The notes beneath the pieces are model-generated. The model did not search any database. It was given only the letters and a program-made list of their open reading frames with translations, and had not been told where the DNA came from. Below are positions 55,001 through 64,000 of a DNA stretch of 64,000 bases, piece after piece (position 1 is the stretch's first letter; every line of letters begins with the position of its first letter). Source of the stretch: Schizochytrium sp. TIO01 (lineage: Eukaryota > Protista > Bigyra: Labyrinthulomycetes); contig SMSO01000031.1 in assembly GCA_004764695.1 (NCBI GenBank), forward strand, positions 2,704,436 through 2,768,435, read 5' to 3'. Made by a program: the position numbers and the translations under genes.

Positions 55001-55461
55001 TTAAGCGGTGGCCTCCTTGAGGTACTCGATGAGGTCCTTGCGCTCCTTCTCCTTCTTGATGCCGGCGAAGACCATCTTGGTACCCGGGATGTACTTCTTG
55101 GGGGCAAGGAGGTAGTCGAAGAGGGTCTCGTCGTTCCTGTAAAATTAAAAGAGTTTTAGACAAAACACCGTTAGTCATGATTGTCGTAGGCATTTGAAAT
55201 GGAAGCAAGCACAAACCACCTGAGGAATTTATATTTTTTTCAAAATTCGACAGATGCCAACAAGGGATATACAAATAACACTTACCAGACGATGCCAGAG
55301 TTCTTGTTGGCGTCAGAGTACTGGAAGCCGTCGGCCTGGCCAGACTGGCGACCGAAGAAGCCGCTGAGGTTGGGGCCCTGCTTGTGGGCGCCACCAGCCT
55401 CCACAGTGTGGCACTGGGAGCACTTGGTCTTGAAGATCTTAGCACCCTTCTCGGCGGACAT
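55001..55461 (-). CDS. CYCS: Cytochrome c (mitochondrial type), 103 aa; exons 55461-55286 and 55136-55001
   Basis: Spliced translation [32 protein letters not shown]...[32 protein letters not shown]...; CxxCH heme motif; 149-nt intron GTAAGT...ACAG. The ORF track shows only wrong-frame translations. Confidence 0.98.
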
Positions 55462-58400
55462 TTTGATTTATATAAGACTGGACTAACAAGTTAAACTGAG
55501 TAGTTGGCACGTTCAAATAGAAACCAGATACAAAGGTATGTATCAACATTATCCGCTACCAAGTTAGTCATCACCCTTTTTTTTTGATTAAACATAATAA
55601 AGCACATCGAGACACAACACGTGTCTCTAAATATCGGTCCATCCACACATTCTGCTGCAATGTCAAAGGAAAAACCTCGTTTCTCTTCTCCCTAACCATA
55701 CTACTACGCGCTGCACTCTCCAACCTGTTTGCAAGACCCTGCAAGTTGCGATGACAAATTGAGTCTACCCCAGCCACTCGTCAAGTTGAGGAAAACAGGA
55801 GAAGAACTCAAAGCAATCGATCGAGTTGCTGCAGTGAAGCCAGACAACAATCAGGCAGGCCCACGCTACTGTGCAGCGGCGACTATACTACAATGGCTTA
55901 AGTCTAGTCGAGAATAACAACCCATCGATATTCTTCTCAAGGCCCTGCGCAAGTGGAGGCTTTCGAAGGGTTGGCAAGCCGAGGCGAAGCTATCTGCCTG
56001 ACACTTCAGGTGAAACCCTAGAGGTCCCTAGCTAGCACCACTGTTTTTCTCTGGAGACGCTCATCCGCGAGTTTGAAACCAAGAGCTTTGCACGCAGCCA
56101 AGATTGCAGGCAGGCAGGCTCACAGGCAGGAGGGGGAGGCAGGCTCACAGGCAGCAACCCCTGCTCAGGGTTGCATCGTGTCGTCGAGCCGGTCGTGTCG
56201 GGTGTAAGCGACGTACCTTGGATGTGACTGGAGTTGCTTGTCTGCTGCAGCGAGTTTGCAGCGCCAGCGCCTCTCAGCACCTTCCTCCCCTCACCTGCTT
56301 TTACGCATGTCACCAACTCGAGGGTCATCTGAGTGTTTGCTGCGGTGCGGTGTAAGGCTAGAGTAAGGCATATGTGACCCCTATATAGGGGTCTCTCTCT
56401 CTCTCTCTTTGGCTGCGCCTTGCTTTTCAAAGAAGAAGGAAATTTTCTTTTCTTTTTCTTTTTCCTTTGTGCAGAGGAGCTCAGAGGAAGACCTCAACAT
56501 TTGTTGCTAATAGCGCCCTCACAAGCTTCCGTTCCAGTGGAGGACAGAATCATTTGAGATTACTGGAGTGTCGTCAGTGTTGTTTTATTTTTGAGAAGGG
56601 TAACTTTGGTATAGAGGGGAGAGAGAGCTGCAGAGCCTCTAATTAGAGCAAACTCGCCGATTGGGAGACTCGCCTCCACTGGCGACTCCTAGTCAGTGAA
56701 CCTCCTCTGTGGCAGGAGCTGGAAGACAGCGCCGCTGAGGGATTAAAGAAAACAGCTACTGGTAAGTAGGTACATCATGAAACAAAGTACTTTAGGAAAA
56801 CAAACAAGCAAGAGGATTATGTTAGAAGTTGAAAAATTGCACAGGCTTAGCCTGTCTCAATACTGAAATCCCTAGCGCTACGAGGGGCTCAGAGAAAATG
56901 CTCAAAACAAGAAGAAGTGAGAAAGAGTTCTTTTCAACAGCGTAATAGCCGTAGGAGAGATAAGATAGCACAGGCGGAAGACTTTTTGATAAAAATCGAA
57001 GTACCTGTTATCATAACAATTCAATTTCACTTTAGCTTAAAAGAAAAAAGAAGTTGATATCAAAGTACATAGAGCACACTAAGCAAAAAACATTCTATTT
57101 TCAAAGGTCCTATTACTCCCAGGGAGGAGGGAGATGACGAGGACGATGATGCCTGCTAATGATTACATACATACTCCCTTCAAGTTCTTCTACTACAACG
57201 ATGTGATGTCGATGATGCGGTGCCTCGGCCCGCTCATTTATTTCTCACCTAATTTGCTTCTGATTTGCGTCATGCGTCATGCTGCCTTTTCCGCCGCTCA
57301 GGCTGCGGCTTTCGGGGTCTTGCGAGCTCATCGTCGCCTGGGCGAAGGCAGGCAGGCGGGCGGGCGCGCATTGACTGCTTGCGCTGTGGCACTTCAAGTT
57401 CGCTCGCGCTTTCTTTCTCTTTGGGCACAGTCTTCAAAATCTCTTTGTCCACATCTTTCCTAGGCTGCTTTATAAGCCTAATAAACAGTAGTAGTTGCTG
57501 GAGCGCAAAGGATTCATCAAATAAACCAAAGGAGCGAGGCAGCTAGAGACGCTCAGAAAGCACACGAAGCAGCAGCTCTGCATTCATTCAGTCTTCAAGT
57601 TGGCTGCCTTAAGGCTGTGTCTTGGCGACCCTGCGGCGCCTGAGTTGACACGGTGCTCGGGGAAAAGGACTTGTGCCTTGTCTTTTACCCTCCTTTACTT
57701 GTAAGTCAGGGATCCGGAATATAGTGGTTGATTGCAGTGCTGACTCTCCGCTACCGTAGGCCTTAGGTAGCCATAGCTCGAGCGTCGCGAGAATCCATCT
57801 TTCGATCAAGAACTAAGGCAGGAAAGGAAATGAATGAAGGCCTCCTGCGATTGTGCGGTCATCCGCGGAGTCTCTTGCCGCGGAGCAAGCAAGCCTCGCA
57901 GGGCTTAAGTGGGGTCCACGGGCGGCGGCAACGAGTCCGAAATACTTTGTGAAGAAAGCAAACGCAGGCTAGATGCTAGATGTGGCGAGAACTCCTTCAG
58001 GACCTTGACGCCGAGGTCTTTCTTTCTGCAACAAAGACTGATGTGATAATTCTCAACCCTGACAAGCGATGCCGCTCTACTTACTTACCTCTGGAGTTAC
58101 TACTTACTGCTTCTGTCGGGACTCCAGAGCATTACATTTCCATCCTTGGAGACTGTAATGTATCCATGTAAATCGTGATCGAAGTTGACAAGCAGGCCAA
58201 ACCAAGCACGAGCCGCAATGCTGCACAACAAACAGATAGATAGATAGATATCTTGCAGCCTGGGGACCGCTTTGGCAAGCTTTTATGGCTTGAACAAGAC
58301 ATGATCCTGCGTTTATCTCAAAGAGCCACGCGCAATCTGCACAGGCTGCTTAACCTCGAATCAATCTTTCGCAACGGGAGAGCTGCTCGGGAGGTTCTTT

Positions 58401-59798
58401 TCGGATGTGTGGCTCACCTTGCTTGGGGGTTCCTGTAATATCTGCTTCTCAATTGATATTTACTACCACATGTTGGAAACACCCTCACATCTATTACCAG
58501 AAAAGGAATTTCCGTCCGCGATAGGTTCACAGACCGCGCAGGTCGTAGCACGCGCAGGAACCACTATTTTAAAGACTGCGCAACTCGGCCCTGCCTGAAA
58601 AGAAATATTTTATACTCATTAGGAAATACGTAGTCAATTAATAGCACTAATTTGTATAGGCCTACCTAACAGTAGTACTATATGAATATTTTTTAAGAAT
58701 TGAGGTAGTCCTGGCAGTAGACCTTGGAGTTGATGGAGTCATCACCATTCTACTTTTGAGATTCGTCTGCTTTTACCTATAGGTAGTTCGGTATTGTCTT
58801 TTCGAAAATGATAATGAGAAAAACACTGTCAGGTTCAACTTAGTTGCTAACTCTTTGCATGACATGTTGTGTTTTGTAATCTATTCTGCGAACTCGAGAC
58901 TTGAACTAGCAGCCGAGATAGTGTGACAAACTTCATTGGGAAGGACGCAAGGTTATCAAATGTATAGCGGGAGGATTGATTTGTGAATTTGTTTACCTGA
59001 TAATCTGATAATCGCTACAAGAGAGGCTGCCTTTTCTTTATTAAAGGTACCACTACTACCACTTGCAAAGGAACTTACTCCGAGGGACGATGAGAGGTGA
59101 TGCGTGGTTGGTAGAGGGATTTTTGCGCCTGGCATTAAAACATTTCGCATCAGGTGGTACCTTGTATTGCTGATATACAATGGAGTGATTATTTTGGCTT
59201 GAGTCTTTACCCAAGTTCAAAGACTGATAGTAGTTCTATCTGAGAGCTGATCTGCCTTGACTCGAATTTCTACCCAACTAGTTAGTGAAAACTCATTTGC
59301 GTTAATGAGTAGTTGCCACGTAGTACAGGAGCATGTAGTATGCAAACTTTCAATTCAAACTAGGGGAAAGTTCCTCGGTGAGAGAGTGATTATTACGAGG
59401 AACCAAAGTTCCACCTGCTTACAACTGCACAAATAAGAAGCACACGGCGTCATACTAGTTTTGCCGAGTTGGTCAAGAGAATTCATTGTAGACTTTCCAA
59501 CGATGTTATTAGACAAAACACTGTTTTCTTCTGCTTCAGCAACAGAGAAATAGGTTTGCTTAACTTCCGTGGGGTCTTCTGTCTTGGATGAATAATCAAA
59601 ATCTACAGCTTATAAAAATTATTTAAATGTACGCAAAATGTGGTCTTATCCACTTTCATTTACGTTCTGTGTACTACGAATAAATAAATTACAGAATTGA
59701 ATTTGGGTATCTACTAGAGTCAACCACAACGACCACAGTCAAGGTTGCAGACTTTAATATATGCACTAAATCGAATCAGCAATACGACATAAAACTGA

Positions 59799-60864
59799 TT
59801 AACGTTCTTCAAAATGTGATACACTTGATGGAGAATCAGGTGTCAAATGTCTGAGGAACTTATCTGAGCGTGCCGTGACATGGACCGACAATTTTAGAAG
59901 AATTGAATAGATTTTGCCCATCACAAAGGGGAGAGCGACATCGCAAGTGAGGAAAACACTTGCTAACAAACCTAACACTATTGGATTAATAAGCCACAAA
60001 CAATACGCTGCATGGAGCACCTCTTCCCATCGAGACTCGCGTTTAAGACGAAGACCTGTGTACCCGTGTACTCGCACCAAACGAACAAGCATTTTGACAG
60101 GCAATTTACTAGGTTTCCATACGATCCTTGTCATTGGAGCTGCGTTTGCATCTCCGGGTGCAGAACCAGCAAAATGTTGATTATGTGTTGACCGTCGCGT
60201 ACTCCGTACAAGTAGTTGCGAGCACGCCTCATCAGCACGGGCACGACGGCTCAGGATGCACCCTTGTATAAAATCCGCGATAATTCCAGCCGCACGTCTC
60301 CTTCGCTGCAAGTAAACGAGGTCCTGATCGGAGACTAATAAAAATTTAAGGGCCTCTTGGGAAGCTGCCGTGGCATTCGGACCCATGCATTGCCACAGGC
60401 ACAGCTCGAACAGCGTTGGGTGAGGGCTTATTGCCCGGAGTACAGCATCAGTTCTTGCTCTGCGTCGCAGGAGTCGCTGGGCCTCAGTTTCTGCCGGCCA
60501 GGATCCTGTTTTACAGAGCAGCTTGTGCCCCCATCGCGCAAGCTTATTGTTGAGTTTCTCCCAGGTTTGAAACGCCACCGTGGTATGCCTCAGGGTACGG
60601 GACAAGAATGTTGGGCTCGTGACTCTAGACTCCATCACCATATTTTCCAAAGTTCTCCGCGCCGCTTTAGCACGACGTTGTCTCTTTAAGAGCTATTGCC
60701 CAAGTAAAGGTTGTAGTGGCCAGTCTCGTAGACCTCCTGCTCCTTGAGGCCGTAAATCAGCGCTTAGCTCCAAGCCCTGAAGAATGTCTGCAAGAGCCAG
60801 ACGACAAGTGTTGAACTTGTGAACAGCTTGAAAATGGTTATCAAGCTCGTACGTCAGCATCCAT
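59799..60864 (-). CDS. Hypothetical basic protein with a C-terminal hydrophobic segment; probable micro-exon 60864-60853 plus exon 60692-59799
   Basis: 283-aa ORF. ATG GAT GCT GAC|GTACGA...CAATAG|CTC TTA gives in-frame MDAD/LLKRQRRAKAARR. Hydrophobic LWLINPIVLGLLASVFLTCDVALPFVM near the C-terminus. Confidence 0.55.
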
Positions 60865-61772
60865 CGTCAGCAAGGGGGCAATGAGCACAACGTTTTGTAT
60901 TGAGTGATTGATGCCATTATGTAGCGTTTCATAAAAATAGCTTGAAAACTTGTAGACTACACCTTCACCCATTGTCATGAACGACCAGTTTTCTTTTTTG
61001 AGTACCTAGTAGCTGTTTTAATAGTAGTATACAATTGCAAATAGTAGTATCCCCAGTTTCTCCAGGATTCCTAGCTATAGACCACGCCAACACTCAAAAC
61101 GAGCTAAATGTAGACGGTAATTTTCATATGCTTACATCAACCTAGTACGTGGTACATATAGGCAATGCTTTTGTTAAGAAAAATACATTGCCATGCCTAG
61201 CTGAAAGCAACCAAATTCTGCACTGCCAACGTAGAAAGTTAGTTAAATTCTTTGTAGCAATGATATAATATCTTTGTCTCAGTGAAAATAAACAGAATGT
61301 TGTAGCTCTACCTTCTGCTATTAATGTTTTCATCCATCTCGCAAATCTTTGTTTGCCCTGACAATGTAATTTATGCACTTTTTTTTTAATGAGGTGGAAT
61401 CTAGAAGATCTACAATTTGTGTTCGCACAAATTAAGGCCTATCCGCCTTCTTAAATTTCAGATTGTTTTACAAGCAAATATCAAACAATATCAGAACTCA
61501 AGTTTGGCAGCTTTTTCAAGATGTCTGGATCACTCTTAGTCCTACGATCTTGGTCATTTGCCTTTGCTCCTTCTATACGCATTTGTTTTTGGTCTCACTA
61601 AACGTTACCAGATAGTACTATGTTTTATTGTTAACTACGTGTCTATAGAATTTAGTTAGCACTTCACATATGACAGACAACCCGAATAGAGACACGGCAT
61701 GCAGGCAAACTTGAACAAAGTAGATTGCTCGGGTGACGGATAAGAAACGCAGCTTTGATTCGAGCAAGTACG

Positions 61773-63683
61773 ATGAAGCTAGGCGACGAAGTTTGCAATG
61801 AGCTGTATGATACTATTGTGATTGGCACTGGCCTCAGTGAAGCTGCAGCAGCCTGTGCTTTGACACTGGACGATCCAGAGAAAAAGATCTTGGTCTTGGA
61901 TCCGGCAAGTTACTACGGTGGCCTCGAAGCAACTGTCCAGGCACGCGACCTTGAAGAACCTGAGGAAGAAACAAGACCCAAAGTTTTCGGATGGGAAATT
62001 TTAAATCGCAACGGTGACCTTGGTTCTGAAGCTCGACGCTTCAACTTTGACCTTCGCCCTCGTCTCGTTTTATGCCGAGGACAAGTTGTAGACGCTCTCG
62101 TACGTTCGGGTGTGTCCAATTATCTACAGTTTCAGAGCCTTGATGATGCGCTTTTTCTCGATGCGGATGGGATTGTCATGAGAGTCCCGTGCTCTAAAGC
62201 TGCTGTTTTCAAGTCAAAGGATCTTGGGATGGGTGAAAAGCGTCAGCTCATGCGCTTTCTTCAATACTGCATGGATGCCACCACGAAGGAGCGCGCGGGA
62301 GGTCAAGCTGACGCACTTAAGTTTCGTAATGAAGAAAGCTTGAATCAAGGGCGGTCCTTGGCGCGCCCGCAGAATAAGAAAGAAGCGGCATTGGACTCTG
62401 TTGATAATGATGCAGACTTCGCAAGTTTTCTTCAAGGTTCATGTGGTTTGTCTCCGCGACTTGCCGCCGCTATTCTATATGCAGTAGCCCTTCTCCCAGA
62501 TAAGCAAACTGTGACTGTAAGTGAAGGTATGCGTCGAGTACAAAAATACCTTGCCGGACTTGGTCGCTTTGGTGTAACTGCTTTTCTTTGTCCCATGTAT
62601 GGAACTGCAGAACTAGCTCAAGCCTTTGGGCGGCTTGGTTCTGTGCATGGAGGTATTTTTGTCTTGCGCCAATCCATCAAAGAACTCGTACCGGGGGAAG
62701 AAACCGAGACCGACGCTGATACCAAATCCGATACACCTAGTAGTCAGAATATTGAAAACAAAAAGACTGTAGTCCAAGTGCACTTGGAGAACGGCGAAGT
62801 TGTACGCGCACGAAATGTCATTGCTGCTCAGTATGCATTACCGACGAATATCACAAATGGACCATCAAGTGGAGACCAAGACATTTTATCAACTAGTTTT
62901 GAGATACGTCGCATCTGTGTATTCAACGCGCCGATTCTCTCCCTCATCGCAAATCTTGATAAAGAACAGCTTACCAAACTTCTTGATGCCAGTGCAGTGT
63001 GCGGTCACCCTCCTGAAAAACGAGCTTTTCCTCCCATGGCACGGTCTCTTATGGTGATTGCTCCTGGTAATCATAATTTTGCCAATGATACTTGCGTGCA
63101 TGCCATTCAATTGGATAGCACTGCCGAGGCGGCTGCTCCGGGCTTCTTTGTGCTTCACTTGACTACGGTTGCACAGAGCATAACAGAAGGACGCGAGATT
63201 CTTGCGAAAGTACTGAGTGAGTTGACAGCAAGAGCCCAGTCTTGCTATGCTGCATTCAAATGTTCGGATTCGGCTTCAGCACAAGTTCAACTACAGTGGG
63301 AAATTGAGCTTGCACGACCTTTGTCCGTAGGAAATTCCTCCACCGCTCAATCTTGCGATGCAGAAAGCACGGCAAAGAACTTACCTCCGGGTGTACTTGT
63401 TATCCCGCCTCAGGGACATGGCGTAGACACCGAAGATTTTCTTGTTGCCGCGGAGACTGTTTTTCGTGAGGTGCGCTCAGCAACTATAGAGCGTCCCTTC
63501 TTACCCGCAGAAGCCGAGCGCGAGGTTCGAAACCCATACGCTGTCGCAAGCGGTGATGATGATGGTGTTGCTGACTTTGTTAAGCGCGTCCGTGTTCCCC
63601 AGCCTGTGGACTTGCGCTGGTTCACTTACTTGGACGGAAAACTCAGCTCCTCTGGTGCTTCTGTCAGCCTCAGCATGCACTGA
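61773..63683 (+). CDS. Rab escort protein (REP/CHM/Mrs6; Rab geranylgeranyltransferase component A), GDI family
   Basis: YDTIVIGTGLSE, LDPASYYGG, RRFNFDLRP, RSGVSNYLQF, RVPCSKAAVFKSKDLGMGEKRQLMRFL (REP-type) and FLCPMYGTAELAQAF. The C-terminus may be spliced differently. Confidence 0.9.
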   Translation: MKLGDEVCNELYDTIVIGTGLSEAAAACALTLDDPEKKILVLDPASYYGGLEATVQARDLEEPEEETRPKVFGWEILNRNGDLGSEARRFNFDLRPRLVLCRGQVVDALVRSGVSNYLQFQSLDDALFLDADGIVMRVPCSKAAVFKSKDLGMGEKRQLMRFLQYCMDATTKERAGGQADALKFRNEESLNQGRSLARPQNKKEAALDSVDNDADFASFLQGSCGLSPRLAAAILYAVALLPDKQTVTVSEGMRRVQKYLAGLGRFGVTAFLCPMYGTAELAQAFGRLGSVHGGIFVLRQSIKELVPGEETETDADTKSDTPSSQNIENKKTVVQVHLENGEVVRARNVIAAQYALPTNITNGPSSGDQDILSTSFEIRRICVFNAPILSLIANLDKEQLTKLLDASAVCGHPPEKRAFPPMARSLMVIAPGNHNFANDTCVHAIQLDSTAEAAAPGFFVLHLTTVAQSITEGREILAKVLSELTARAQSCYAAFKCSDSASAQVQLQWEIELARPLSVGNSSTAQSCDAESTAKNLPPGVLVIPPQGHGVDTEDFLVAAETVFREVRSATIERPFLPAEAEREVRNPYAVASGDDDGVADFVKRVRVPQPVDLRWFTYLDGKLSSSGASVSLSMH

Positions 63684-64000
63684 CATACTATGCTGCTTCC
63701 TTGTCCTACTAGATAGGTCATCGTTCAAGTAAGTTGTCGCAACTCACTAGTAGCTTCACTCTCGCCACTATTTAAGAGCATAATTCCTATTTTTGTGCTG
63801 ACTCAGCAAAAACTTCTGAGCTGATGTTGGTCTACCTTGTGTCGCCCTTAACGCCACCAAATGATCAAATTTGGCGCTTCGATGTCCTCCTCGAAATTTC
63901 TAACACATGTGTCGGCGAGTTGAACTAGTGGGAAGCCTCCGCACGAATGGGCTCTCGTGCAGGCGCGCCGCTTGTTTGCTCGTAACCATAGGCTGCTAGC

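Noticed and set aside
54993-55445. 150-aa ORF in the track
   Set aside because: Wrong-frame read across the cytochrome c exons and intron.
55570-59700. Short ORFs and GCAG-type repeats in the 4-kb spacer
   Set aside because: Low-complexity translations; no transposase, reverse transcriptase, terminal repeats or RNA-gene signatures found.

Overview
Eukaryotic nuclear DNA: compact, intron-poor, with GT-AG introns verified in at least two genes and microsatellite-rich intergenic spacers (ACAA, GATC, GCAG, TTTC). The style suggests a stramenopile protist such as a thraustochytrid; this is inference and cannot be proven from the window. About 14 protein genes are visible: a degenerate EF-hand protein, MED11, an ACMSD-like amidohydrolase, an FCP1/SCP-type HAD phosphatase, a MOT1 molybdate transporter, a Stum/SPEC3-like membrane protein, a double calcineurin-B-like EF-hand protein, cytochrome c, a Rab escort protein and several unknowns. 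Two adjacent, co-oriented, stop-free giant ORFs dominate the window. The first is a 3558-aa type-I membrane receptor (13 tandem Ig-like domains, 3 PKD/KIAA0319-like domains, TSP1-like, EGF and Cys-rich repeats, one TM helix, two cytoplasmic PH-like domains). The second is a 5761-aa HECT E3 ligase (ZZ, 4 SPRY, LamG-like, UBA, RanBP2 zinc finger, MORN, HECT). The most interesting items are the animal-like Ig adhesion receptor with PH output in an apparent protist, and an ACMSD homologue that keeps its metal ligands but lacks the canonical catalytic and substrate-binding residues. No rRNA, tRNA, CRISPR array or clear transposon was seen. All domain calls come from motif recognition by eye, not database searches.
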